Assembly (NCBI GenBank): GCA_963815095.1
Contig: CAWFFH010000006.1
Location: forward strand, 128,001 to 192,000
DNA from: Candidatus Bathyarchaeota archaeon
GTDB lineage: Archaea > Thermoproteota > Bathyarchaeia > Bathyarchaeales > Bathycorpusculaceae
DNA length: 64,000 nt
Direction of reading: 5' to 3'
Position 1 is the first letter of the stretch. Each line of letters begins with the position of its first letter. The translations under genes and the position numbers were made by a program. The notes below the pieces were generated by a model. The model made no database searches. It was not told where the DNA came from and saw only the letters and a program-made list of their open reading frames with translations. Of this stretch, positions 50,905 through 61,700 are shown piece by piece.

Positions 50905-50997
50905 TTACAGATGTCCACCCAGAACGCCAGCTACGGTGGAAACTATAAACAGAATGATAATGCCGATGACTATGATTTTTTTAGTTGAAGCCTTCAT
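50905..50997 (-). CDS. 30-aa single-TM microprotein (below the ORF-track cutoff)
   Basis: MKASTKKIIVIGIIILFIVSTVAGVLGGHL*, preceded by a GGGAGGGG RBS-like tract. Confidence 0.55.
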   Translation of the reverse strand: MKASTKKIIVIGIIILFIVSTVAGVLGGHL

Positions 50998-51661
50998 TTG
51001 ACACTGTGCCCCTCCCGTTTTAAATGTTTCAAGGTTAGCTTTTAACATTTGTTATTTTCAAACCCTAAATCTCTGCATATGTGAAATTCACAAAGTGGGG
51101 TGAATCAAATTATTGACCAAACCGTGTTAATTTTCTAAACTTGGTGTGTGAAGAAGATAAAAAACGCGAAGCTCACAAATAACCGATGAGACCTTTTGGT
51201 CTCGCGTATTAAGTAGCCAATAACTATTATAGAACGTACGGGAAGCGTTAAAATTCAGTCTTTTTCCCCTCTCTAAATCTTCAACAACTACACCTACAAC
51301 AACAGCGAACTCTAACTCTCTCGTATCACTCTCTCCACGCATTCTTTCGTTACCTTGCTCAGACAGACACAAACAGAAAAAAAGGAGATATTGCTTCATC
51401 TTCAGCCATTTATTATGTCGTATCAAAAACTAAGTCCGCTTTGGTTAGGCTGAAAAATGGATAATAAACATGGAAATGAACCTTGAAGGAGCAGGTTTAC
51501 GCTCTTTTAAACGGTTGGCATCCACATTCATCGCTTATGTCTTCTAGATTTTTGAACAAAGACTGGTTTTGTCGACATATTTCGGGTTTTGCAACATTTG
51601 TTATATACAAACTTGTAGAACGAAATATCATGGGCAATTTAAGCAGGGGTATGAGGGAAAA

Positions 51662-52252
51662 ATGAAAAGTTTTAGACGAAGTTTTAAAGCTATTTCGCCA
51701 ATATTCGCAGTTCTAATTCTTGTTTCAATTGTAGTTATTGCTAGCACAGTCGTTTACATGTTTACTAGTGGAACTTTTGCAACTGTAACTGATAATGGAT
51801 CTGGGGCATCAGAAAGAGTTTCGGTTTTAGCTGCTCAAATAACTATTGATGGAACTGGCACTGGCGTAGTGAATGTGTATGCTGAGAGTAAAAACAGCAT
51901 TAATGTCATTGTCTCTAGTATCATAATTAAAGATGCAAATGGAAATGTGGTTACTACATTTACGCCTTCCACAACCTCGCCATATTCTAACTGCCTTCCC
52001 TCATCTGGAGCGTTGGTGCAAATCGGTTCAGAGCGTCTCACTTTAACTGGCGTAGCTGAAGGAAAAATTTACACTTTATCTGTAATAAGCACGAGAGGCG
52101 GCAGTTTCACTTCATCCACAGTCGTTGCGAACGCACCTACGCCTACTCCGAGTCCAACTTCAACTCCAACTCCCACACTAACACCAACACCAACAACAAC
52201 TCCCAGACCAACACAACATCCCACTCCTACACCAACACCAAAACATCATTAG
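51662..52252 (+). CDS. Archaeal type IV pilin-like protein with a Pro/Thr-rich tail
   Basis: Class III signal MKSFRRSFKA|ISPIFAVLILVSIVV; YTLSVISTRGGSF; C-terminal (PT)n. Confidence 0.85.
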   Translation: MKSFRRSFKAISPIFAVLILVSIVVIASTVVYMFTSGTFATVTDNGSGASERVSVLAAQITIDGTGTGVVNVYAESKNSINVIVSSIIIKDANGNVVTTFTPSTTSPYSNCLPSSGALVQIGSERLTLTGVAEGKIYTLSVISTRGGSFTSSTVVANAPTPTPSPTSTPTPTLTPTPTTTPRPTQHPTPTPTPKHH

Positions 52253-52442
52253 CCTTCTCCTGCACACAACAAGTTTCTGTAATGCTAAAATAACCACAAT
52301 CTCTCTTGTCTCTGCCCAGAATTAGAAGACAGAGGAATAGAGAAAAAGCTAAAATTAGTTTAAATTGTGAGATCTACAGAATTTCGCTTAATACTGTCAA
52401 CTAATTAGTTCTTCATTTAGCAAAATGTTCCAAAGTGAAAGT

Positions 52443-52793
52443 TTACTTAGTCCAAGAGCGCCTCATGAGGAATGCACCAACCCCGACACAAGCGATAGCA
52501 TAAAGCGTAAGAACCAAAAGCGCAAAAGGAAGTCCCGTAGGGTTAGGATAAAACAACGCTTGACGCAAAGCATCGATCGAGTACCGTGTTGGGATGAACG
52601 CGCTTAAAGTCTTAAGCCAACGGGGAACCAATTCAATTACAGTAAACCCCCCACCCAAAAGGAACAGGTAAATCGCGGTCATTGAGGAGATAAATGCAAC
52701 GTATCTTGAACCTTTTACGCAGGTACCAATTATTGCACCGATACCAGACGCACAAAATGCTGTTCCTAAGAATATTCCGAATAGAGTAGGCTT
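52443..52793 (-). pseudogene. C-terminal remnant of an ABC-2 permease
   Basis: Open frame KPTLFGIFLG...LGGGF...PRWLKTLSAFIPTRYSIDALRQAL; bounded upstream by an in-frame TGA; N-terminal half and partner ATPase are missing. Confidence 0.65.
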
Positions 52794-52931
52794 TCATTTT
52801 TCCTTAACTTTACTGTGCGCGTAGTTATATTAGTTGTTTGAAGACTTACTCGAAAGTTGCGTTCGCTAAATTACGATGCTTAAGTATGGAATGCAAGGAT
52901 TGATTGGTTGGATAGCTGATGGTTTAGGGGT

Positions 52932-54128
52932 TTATTTTTTTCCCATAAATTTGTTTATGAATGATTTCTTTTGCTGTTTATTTTCTTCCGGTTGCTTGCT
53001 GCTTATTGAATTGTCTTGTGGTTTGATTTCTAAGCTTTTTTCTATTTCAGATTTTATTTGTGCCATTGCTTCTTTTTCGTCCGCTGAACCCTCAATTAAG
53101 AGAATGTTGTGGCCTTGAGCGATTTTTCTGGCCGTTTCGTTAAGTTGCGGAATAGCTACAAAGATAGGAACATCGACTTTGACTTCCGAGGTTTTGTATA
53201 TGTATAGAATTAGAGGAGATGTAGAAACTTCAGATTCGCTTACAGCATGATCTAATGCAATGACTTTTTCTTGTCCATCAACTATTTTTTTGGCGATAAG
53301 ACTAAAATGGTGTTGCATTCCACTTTTTTGGCCCATCACTAAGCCTGGAATTTCAACTGAGAACCCTAAGTTTACAAGGAGTTCTTGGATGTTTTCTAAG
53401 CTGGCGACGTTTTGTCTAATTTCTTTCTTTCTCGCCAAGTTTAATGAAAACTTAGGTATATCGACAGGTTTAGCTTCTTTTATAGTGAAGTTCTTTGAGC
53501 AACTTCGACAGACAAGGTCTGATTCCGGGTTTTCGAATTTTTCCCCGCATTCTTGGCATATGTACCAACGACCCATATTACGATATTGGCCTTCGATTAA
53601 GGGTTCGCCGCACTTAGGACAATGGTTTTCTATGTACTTGTCTCTTTGATTTATGTATCCGCAGGGTATGTGTTCGGTTAAGCTCGTTTTTTCTACGTTG
53701 TGACTTTTGCATTTGGGGCAACGATTGTGTAATGTAATTATTGTTGATTCACAATTTGGACACACTGAAACTGAGTCAAAGAAACCTTTTTTCAGGATGT
53801 CCAATCGCGCGAGGTTTTCTAATAGATCTTTACTAATTACTTTCGCTTTAGGAGCATTCAAAACCTGACTCGTAGCCTGGTATACGAATCCTTGCCCTAG
53901 AACGTACTTAGGAATTATCTCTTCACTATCGGAGTACTCAAGAATTTCTCTGAGTAGGTCGCGCGCTTTAGGTTCAATGTAGGCTTCCCTTCTTTCGAGC
54001 TCTATTTTGTCTTCCGTGTCCAATGCCTTTATTGTTTCTTTGTTCTTGTTTGGCAAAATCTTACTTATCAGTGGCTTTTGATTTTCGGTTATTTGTACGG
54101 TATCGGTACTTTGTGGGTTTTTTTTCAT
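52932..54128 (-). CDS. TackOD1-type multi-zinc-ribbon protein with a C-terminal restriction-endonuclease-like domain
   Basis: CPNC, CPKC.S, EHIPCG, CPKCG, CQECG, CRSC; C-terminal G.KSG.QH.F.L.A. Confidence 0.75.
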   Translation of the reverse strand: MKKNPQSTDTVQITENQKPLISKILPNKNKETIKALDTEDKIELERREAYIEPKARDLLREILEYSDSEEIIPKYVLGQGFVYQATSQVLNAPKAKVISKDLLENLARLDILKKGFFDSVSVCPNCESTIITLHNRCPKCKSHNVEKTSLTEHIPCGYINQRDKYIENHCPKCGEPLIEGQYRNMGRWYICQECGEKFENPESDLVCRSCSKNFTIKEAKPVDIPKFSLNLARKKEIRQNVASLENIQELLVNLGFSVEIPGLVMGQKSGMQHHFSLIAKKIVDGQEKVIALDHAVSESEVSTSPLILYIYKTSEVKVDVPIFVAIPQLNETARKIAQGHNILLIEGSADEKEAMAQIKSEIEKSLEIKPQDNSISSKQPEENKQQKKSFINKFMGKK

Positions 54129-54178
54129 TTAAGCGACCTGTCCTTTTCTGATTGATGTTCTTTTTTTGTGTTATTTTT

Positions 54179-55003
54179 TTAATGGAGGAATAGATAGAAT
54201 GCTACACCTGAAACGACGGCTAAAACAGTCACATGTTTTAATCCGTTGGCGAAGCTTTCCTCGTTGATTTTTCCTGCAATGAGTCCTCCGAATACGGATT
54301 CTATCAAAGATGCGTGCAGGAATAGACGTCTTGATTCATTTTGTGAAAGTATTGGTTTAATGAAAGAAACTCCTGTTGAGGTTTGACTTAGTGGAGCGAA
54401 CATCATGTTTGAAATAACTATAATTATGAACAGGAACATGAATACTGAGAAGTAGAAAATTGCAACGTATGGAAGTGTTTGCTGTCTTCTCTTTTGCGTC
54501 CATTCATTGATGTTTTCAAGGTACTTTGCTGTTGAGTCAAAGATGTTTGATAAGTCGCCACCGTGTTTTCCTGCTTCATTTATTAAAATGGTCGCTTTTT
54601 TGATTAGTGGGAGATCGATTCTGGCGCCAAATTCGTCTAACGCATCGTTAAAGTTCATGCCCCAGCTCATATGCGCAACTAAGATTTTGAGTTCTTCTGT
54701 AAGCGGACCGTACATTCTGTGGGATGCATGTTCCATGGCGACTTGCAAGGGAATACCTGTCCGTGAAGCGGTGGCCAAGTCTCTTAGAAACTCGGGGGTT
54801 GCTTTTTCAATTTTCATTTTCCATCTATTGTGAATTATGCTCACGATACTTGGTGGGCCAACACCTATTGCCAATGCTATGATGATCATGTAGTCTAATG
54901 TTGGGGATGTAAGGTAGAAGGCTGCTGCGAAAATGAAGAAGATAATGGCTGCTATGCCTGAGATGATAGCAATTAGCTTTATTGTTTTTTTAGGTATTCT
55001 CAT
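54179..55003 (-). CDS. Type II secretion F / TadC-like pilus platform protein
   Basis: PEFLRDLA....TG, YGPLTEEL, MSWG, GG.L, GLIAGKI. Confidence 0.9.
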   Translation of the reverse strand: MRIPKKTIKLIAIISGIAAIIFFIFAAAFYLTSPTLDYMIIIALAIGVGPPSIVSIIHNRWKMKIEKATPEFLRDLATASRTGIPLQVAMEHASHRMYGPLTEELKILVAHMSWGMNFNDALDEFGARIDLPLIKKATILINEAGKHGGDLSNIFDSTAKYLENINEWTQKRRQQTLPYVAIFYFSVFMFLFIIIVISNMMFAPLSQTSTGVSFIKPILSQNESRRLFLHASLIESVFGGLIAGKINEESFANGLKHVTVLAVVSGVAFYLFLH

Positions 55004-55010
55004 GTAGTTA

Positions 55011-55892
55011 TCACTTTTCGAATGTTGACATTATGACCATCATTATGGCGCCCATAATTGGAATTCCAACGTAGGTTAGTAGATACAGAATGAGTGACAT
55101 AGACATGCCAGCAATTGTTCCGCTTCCGATCATGCCTAATGTAACAAAGAGGACTACGAATAAAAGCGGAGCTGCAACGAGCATCATGATGTAGATTTCA
55201 GCTGATGCTGCAAGAGATTCGAGCATAAGATCTAGTTTGCCGATTCGGTCTTTGGTGACCTTTTCTGTTGTAATTTTGAGATATTCTGTTGGGTTTCCGC
55301 CTGTTCTTACGGTTGCTACGTAGCCTTGGAGGATTTCTCCAAGTTGTTCATTAGGGGTCAGTTTGGCATTATCAAGAATTGAACTCATTAAATCACTGCC
55401 AAAAACTTCTATGTCTCGAATTATGTTAGTAAATTCCATCCGAACTTCTTTTAAGGTATCAATTTTGGCCATTGAATCGAAGATGACGCTTGGTGGAACA
55501 TTAGAGCTTGAGAGAAGGGTTAGAAAGTTGGCGATATATGGTAAATTCTTATCTATCGGACCATTTCTATTGCTGGCTTTCAATCCTGGGTAAATGTACA
55601 TTACCATCAGTGTTATAAACGCGGCGGAAACAGCAATTACCAGGGTGAACAAGAAATTTGTCACCGAAAGCATTGGAACTCCACTTAAAAGTGGAAAGAT
55701 AATAAATGCAATGGGGATTGCAGCTGCAAAAGCGATGATTGAAGTTAAGACCATGAAGGCGATGTAGGCTTTGAAGGCGATTAGTACGCCGCCTTTTTTT
55801 AACTGGACATGAATCTCTTGGAAATGTGGGTATAGTCTCTGTAACCTTTTGTTTAGCAGATCGTATGCTGTTGCCCAAGGTTGAAATTTCAT
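55011..55892 (-). CDS. Type II secretion F / TadB-like pilus platform protein
   Basis: IDKNLPY, IRDIEVFG.D, TP, TGG, AEIY; TM helices. Confidence 0.88.
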   Translation of the reverse strand: MKFQPWATAYDLLNKRLQRLYPHFQEIHVQLKKGGVLIAFKAYIAFMVLTSIIAFAAAIPIAFIIFPLLSGVPMLSVTNFLFTLVIAVSAAFITLMVMYIYPGLKASNRNGPIDKNLPYIANFLTLLSSSNVPPSVIFDSMAKIDTLKEVRMEFTNIIRDIEVFGSDLMSSILDNAKLTPNEQLGEILQGYVATVRTGGNPTEYLKITTEKVTKDRIGKLDLMLESLAASAEIYIMMLVAAPLLFVVLFVTLGMIGSGTIAGMSMSLILYLLTYVGIPIMGAIMMVIMSTFEK

Positions 55893-55894
55893 TT

Positions 55895-57526
55895 TTAGCT
55901 CACTTTTGCTTTTCGGTAGATTTGTTGTGGGTCAGAGAAGTAGTCTAAGACTAATTTTGAGACCTGCTCATATGAACGCAAATGGTTCCTAACCATATAC
56001 TCAAGGATTGTTTGCCGCATTTCTAGTTCTTGATCTATTTCTTCCGATGTATATCCCCATTGAGTAGCGATTCGGTCTAGCAGGGGGCTTCTTGAAACTT
56101 TTTCGTAGGTGTCTTTTTCAGTGTTCCAGGTGAATATGTCTTGAATTTTGAAGTCGTTTTTCTCTTTGTCCCATCCAACCATTTCTGATACGCTTATGGT
56201 TCGCCTTAGCGAGACGTTGTTTACGACTAGTCGTCGGACGATTGAGATAGCGTTCAAGTTTTCTACTTGTGTTTGGGGTATGTTCATGGGTTTTGTTGTT
56301 AATCTGTGGAGGACACCTTGTACGTGTTCTGCGTGTATGGTTGTTAAGCCTAAGTGTCCTGTTGCCATGGCTTGGAAAAGCGCGTAGGCTTCTTCGCCTC
56401 TAATTTCGCCTACTATGATGAAGTCGGGACGTTGTCTTAGGGCTGCTCTGAGCAAGTCGAACATGCTGATGCTGCCTATTCCAGCTTCGCCGACTGCTCC
56501 TGCGCCTGTGCCTAAGCCTTGCCTTGTTACCATCATTTCCCAGTTTTGGTGGGGTAATCGGATTTCTTGTGTGTCTTCTATGCTTACTATTTTTAGGGTT
56601 GGCCGAATGAATAGGCTGATGGCGTTAAGCATTGAAGTTTTTCCTCCACCGATGTCGCCGCCTATCATAACTGAGTGGCGGTTTTCTATTAAGAACCAGT
56701 AGTAAGCTGCGATTTCTGGTGACAACGCCTTGTATATTATTAGATCGGTGATTGTGAGGGGAGTCTTTTTGAATTTTCGGATGGTGAAGGTGCTTCCTTT
56801 TGGTGTAACTTCGGTTCCATAGGTTACTTGGGCTCGGCTGCCGTCATTTAATGTTCCGTCAAGGATTGGTTGTGCGATGGAGATGTGTCTGCCGCAGAGG
56901 TAAGCGAGTTTGAAAACAAAGTTTTCTAGTTCTTGATGAGTTTCAAATTTTACGTTTGAGGGTATGGATTCATATTTGCGGTGCCAAACAAATACCGGCG
57001 AGTTAGTTCCATCGCAGGAGACGTCTTCAATGTTTTCGTCTCTCATTATGCCATCTATTTTTCCAAACCCTAAGAAATCTCTGCCAATATAATACTGATA
57101 TTTGCCAAGTGTGTTGGCATCCACGTTTATTCGATATTTTATTGCCGTTTCTAAAATTTTATATTTTAAGAAATCGTCTGCTTCCTGTCCATTTTTGAAT
57201 CCTTTCGTATTAACGGAAAGTTCATCCCAAAGAATACTTTTTAATTCAGCTAGGATTTGTTCATCCAATTTAGTTAATGTAGGCTCTAAAAGTGAATATT
57301 TTACTTCGTTTCTTTCGTCTTCAACGATTGCAGCGTATGAAAAAGGAAGCAAAAGAGGATAATGTTCTTTGAATGTTTCAGGAACCTCTGAACCCATAGC
57401 CGCGTCCGTGTGGGATACAATAGCAGGACCAGGCGTATCAATATCTATGACTGAGGCATTTTCCTTTTGTAGTTGTGATTGCTCAGTTTTCTTTTCATGT
57501 TTCCAAATCTTCAAGTCAGCGACCAC
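55895..57526 (-). CDS. Type IV pilus/type II-IV secretion assembly ATPase (archaeal PilB/TadA-like)
   Basis: IEDVSCDG, TFTIRKF, Walker A GDIGGGKTS, IEDTQEI, LRQRPDFIIVGEIRG, TGH..TTIHA. Confidence 0.95.
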   Translation of the reverse strand: MVADLKIWKHEKKTEQSQLQKENASVIDIDTPGPAIVSHTDAAMGSEVPETFKEHYPLLLPFSYAAIVEDERNEVKYSLLEPTLTKLDEQILAELKSILWDELSVNTKGFKNGQEADDFLKYKILETAIKYRINVDANTLGKYQYYIGRDFLGFGKIDGIMRDENIEDVSCDGTNSPVFVWHRKYESIPSNVKFETHQELENFVFKLAYLCGRHISIAQPILDGTLNDGSRAQVTYGTEVTPKGSTFTIRKFKKTPLTITDLIIYKALSPEIAAYYWFLIENRHSVMIGGDIGGGKTSMLNAISLFIRPTLKIVSIEDTQEIRLPHQNWEMMVTRQGLGTGAGAVGEAGIGSISMFDLLRAALRQRPDFIIVGEIRGEEAYALFQAMATGHLGLTTIHAEHVQGVLHRLTTKPMNIPQTQVENLNAISIVRRLVVNNVSLRRTISVSEMVGWDKEKNDFKIQDIFTWNTEKDTYEKVSRSPLLDRIATQWGYTSEEIDQELEMRQTILEYMVRNHLRSYEQVSKLVLDYFSDPQQIYRKAKVS

Positions 57527-57592
57527 GTGACTTTATTCCCTAAGAGTCCATATAAACCATGTAAATGGCGAGTAGGCAGGTCTACATTGAGT

Positions 57593-58630
57593 TTATGCCA
57601 GATTTTTCAGATAAAACCTTTTAATGGTCAAAAAGGAGGGTTTATGGTAAGCATAGTGCTTTCTTACCGCAACTACCATCAGCATTGTAATTGCTATGAA
57701 AGTCGAAATTGCTAAAATAAATGGGATTTCTGGAACGACAGGAGTAGTTGTAGGGTCAGTTGAAGTTGGTTTCGAAGTTGGCTTATTGGTTGGATTTGAT
57801 GATTCTTTAGGGGTTGGAGTGGGAGATATTGATGGGTGTGTGGTAGGAGTTGGAGAAGGTGACAGCGTTGGGGTTGGAGTGGGAGAATCCGTTGGCGTTG
57901 GTGATGGTGAAGGCGTAGGTGCAGGAGTAGGAGTGGGTGTTGCAGTGGGTACTGGAGTTGAAGTTGGTGCAGGTCCAGAGGACCCAAACGGCTGGGTGCT
58001 GACAATTACATCGTCATAGTTAGTGCTGGCTTTCCAAGTCCGAATTGTATCAAATATCAAGGTATTTAGGTAATATCCGTCAACCTGAGGCATGTCTTGT
58101 TTTGCAATAACTGACCCATTTAGCCATAATGTCGCCGAAGATAGGGAACCCTGATTTGGGTCTAGATATAAAGATAAAGTTATGTTGTACCAGATATTCG
58201 GAGACAAAATAGCATTTGTTTCATTATAACCATAATCCCAATCGAATATGATTCCGTATTGATCTTGATAAATGCCTATGTACGCTGTTTCTCCTAGCAA
58301 AGATAGAATGTAAGAGTAGCCCGTTTTATTTGTTTCATAAAATATTTGAATATATAATTGACCCGTAACATTATCAAAAGTTGCGTGGCTGAAATTCGTA
58401 CTTTGTGGTGATACTTGAAGTGAATTGTTTGGACTTACGTAATGAGTATTGTTAAGGAGATCACTTGAGCCTATGATAAACTGTGAGTTTGGTTGATTAG
58501 TGTCAAAGTCGTCACTAAATAAAGGAGCTAATTGGGCTTTAACTAATTGAGGTTTAACAATTGTTAGGAACATGCTCGAAAGTAATATCACTATTATAAA
58601 CATCAATAGTTTTTTTCTTTGTGATTTCAA
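57593..58630 (-). CDS. Secreted beta-sandwich (LamG/lectin-like) protein with a PT linker and a VPE-type C-terminal anchor
   Basis: Signal peptide; FSDDFD...WYNITL...LWLNG...YDDV; (PT)n; VPEIP + TM. Confidence 0.75.
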   Translation of the reverse strand: MKSQRKKLLMFIIVILLSSMFLTIVKPQLVKAQLAPLFSDDFDTNQPNSQFIIGSSDLLNNTHYVSPNNSLQVSPQSTNFSHATFDNVTGQLYIQIFYETNKTGYSYILSLLGETAYIGIYQDQYGIIFDWDYGYNETNAILSPNIWYNITLSLYLDPNQGSLSSATLWLNGSVIAKQDMPQVDGYYLNTLIFDTIRTWKASTNYDDVIVSTQPFGSSGPAPTSTPVPTATPTPTPAPTPSPSPTPTDSPTPTPTLSPSPTPTTHPSISPTPTPKESSNPTNKPTSKPTSTDPTTTPVVPEIPFILAISTFIAITMLMVVAVRKHYAYHKPSFLTIKRFYLKNLA

Positions 58631-58709
58631 TTTTTCTTCACCGTTTGTCTTAATTCTAATTTATTTGCATTGTCAGAAATTTCTATAAAGAAAATACTTG
58701 GGTGGGTAC

Positions 58710-61700
58710 TCATGTGCTAAAGTTCACCATTATCCAAACTTCTGAGCATCTAGTTTGTCCAGATGCACGATGTAGCGTTAACCCGCTTTGAAGGTTATTT
58801 ATATCGCTCATAGTCCAAGCTCCGCCTCCTGGTCTTGTAAAAGTATCTGAATGGGTAGTCCACGTGTTTAACGCTGGAGTAAAGTTGTTGCTTGTTAGCG
58901 TGTTGGTTCCAAGGGTAAGTGAGGATGTTACATAATTGCTGGAAACAGCTGTGAAATCCACTCTTATGTATTGAGTAACGCTGCTAATTGTACCAGTAAC
59001 TGAGCCAATGGACTGAAGGGAGTAAGAATCGGTAAAGGTTCCGCTTTTTCCGGCATATACATATGTGCTATCGCTGCTGTCTGATACATCGACCCAATGA
59101 TTGCTGTTGTTTGGGGCTTCGCTAGGTATGTTTTCGGTTATGGATGCCTCAGGGTCTATAGTCATTTGACCATTCCAGTGCCACATGACGGATGATGGTT
59201 GGGTTAGGGTGAAGCTGACCGTTGGTCCTGAGCCGCTTGATGGTGCATTTCCAGTTCCTGTAAATCCATTTGAATTGTAGATAATACTTGGTGGACCCGC
59301 AATAATTACCGTAGTAGAGACTGAAGAAGAGATAATTGTTCCTGAATCATAGTAACCTGAAGTTTGACCGCCAGAAGTGCCGGCAGCTGAAGTCACAGTC
59401 AACTCATATTGAGTCTTGTAAGTACCTATAATGGTGGCTCCGGTAGTTCCACTAACTGGAGAGGCTGGAGAAGTCCCTATCAAAGCAAATTGCGTTTCAG
59501 AAACTGAACCTGCAACTGTAGAATAATAAATGTAAGATGTGCCGCTATCAAACCAATTCGTAAACGGAAGCTGACTATATAGCACATCAGAACCTCCAAC
59601 ACTTATCACCTTAGTATTAGGAGCAACAGAGCCCAAACCGGAAGCGGCAAAAGATACCTGGTACTGAGTTTTCCAGTTCCATATGCACGTTGTGTAAGCA
59701 TTTATCGCAAATGATCCTGTGCTACTTGAGCCAGCACTCCCGCCTGAACTTAAACTGCCCGAACCCGTCCAGCCTGTAGTTACGTATTGGATTCCAGTTA
59801 CCCCAGAAAAAGGAGTTGTTACAGTTGATGATATGGTAGTTCCTGCATTGTACCATCCTGAGCCAGTTGCACTGTCATACGTGGATGAAACTGTGAAGTA
59901 GAATTGCTGTTGGAAGTTGGCCGTATAAGTTGTAATAGTGGCTGGCGACACAGTGTGTGATTGTGCTCCAGCGTCGCTCCAGCTTAAATACTGATACTGT
60001 CTTTGCCCAGCAACTACAGTTACAGTCGAGCTTGCTGCAATTGTATGAGTTGAACCACTATCCCACCAAGAGGTTGTATATGGCGTTGATTGGGCAACTC
60101 CATCTACTGTAATGAATCCACTTCCTGTAGCTGGAGAGCTAGTTATTGTGTGTTGATATTGAGTCTTATAAGCACCAGAATAGGCCCCTGCAGTCAATAT
60201 AGGTGAAGTGCCCGTACTTCCTGTACTTACAAACTGCTTACCAGCACCTCCAGCAACAGTTGGCACCCAATTGAAAATCGTTCCACTATCAAACCAAACG
60301 TTAGCAGGCAAAGCATTGTAAGCATAGTTTGTAGAACTAACCGTTAACACTGCATTGGTCCCAGCAGAACTATCAACACCAGACTGACTAAAACTCACCT
60401 GATACTGATGATGCATATTCACAATCTGGGTTTGCGCTGACGTAGCCAAAATGCTGGCTGGAACCGGAACCCACTGTTCACCGACTCCTTCAGCAGAAGT
60501 GCTAAAAGCGATGGAACCTAAAGCATCAAACCAGTAACCCGTCGCAGCATTAGTTAATGAAGGCGCATAAGCAACCCCAAATGAGGCACCAGTGGCAGCG
60601 GGAGCTGCGGGCGAACCACCAGCGAAAACAGAGTAGCTCAACGTTTGCGGATACTGATGATAATAAGACGTGGAATAAGTGTTTCCGCCAGAAGTTAAAA
60701 CAGCGGTTGAGTATGCTCCGTTTATTGCCCATCTTTGCGTTGAACTGCTCAAAGCTGTGTTAACAGGGAAAGTAACAACAGTATTGTAATCACTCCACGA
60801 AGATGATCTCCAACTGTTGCCTGAGTTAAGCGCTGTGATAGTACTCGAGCTTGCACCCAGATAAGTTCCAGTCATAGTAAGAGAATCTCCACTTCCAGCA
60901 TTACCACCATTAAATGTGACACTGAAAGTATTCTGCACTTGCTCGAAGCCAGTGACCGTAACAGGGGTAACTGAGGCTGTATAAGAGATTGAACTTGCAG
61001 AGAAATCGCTAGCCACGATGAAGCCATTGCGAGTATTTCCACTATTAGAGAAAGACAGAGTAAATGAGGACCCTGAAAACATAGTTACAGAATGTGAGGT
61101 TCCATCAGCTGCGAAAGTGTTTGGAGCAGGATTACCGCCATTCACTGTCACAGTGGCGCTTGGAGCTGAATCGCTCAGAGTAACTGTGATGCTCTGGGTC
61201 ACAGTGTTTACCGTGAATGTGTTGAGGCCAGAGTTAGCAGCAGCATCGGTGATGACAACCGTTTGAACACTTCCTATTGCCCAAGTTGATACCCAGGTTG
61301 GTACTGTGAAGGTCGCGCCAGTAAACGCGCCTGAAGAATTTGTACTTGTGGTGCCCACAAGTGTTACCGTTGATCCTGCAAACTTTAATGCAAGAATGGA
61401 ATTTGCAGCAAATCCTGAACCTGACACATTAACAGTTGAACCAACATCACCGTTTGTTGAATTTAGAGAGATTGAGGGGGTTACGGCGAATGTGGTAGTG
61501 GCTGAATTTGAATTAGCGTCGGTTGCGACAACGTTTTTCGTTCCGGCTGTTTGACCTGAAGGAACTGTGAAGTTAGAGGTGAAAAAGCCAAAGCCATCAG
61601 TATTAACATTTACAGGAGCCGTTGTAACAGTTGCACCTGCAAAGGTGACGGTAACTGATTGAGAAGCGGCAAAACCTGTACCGGTCACAGTCGCAAGTGA

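Noticed and set aside
51127-51426. 99-aa minus-strand ORF and nearby 51483-51665 ORF
   Set aside because: No recognisable motifs and atypical composition; probably non-coding or decayed sequence.
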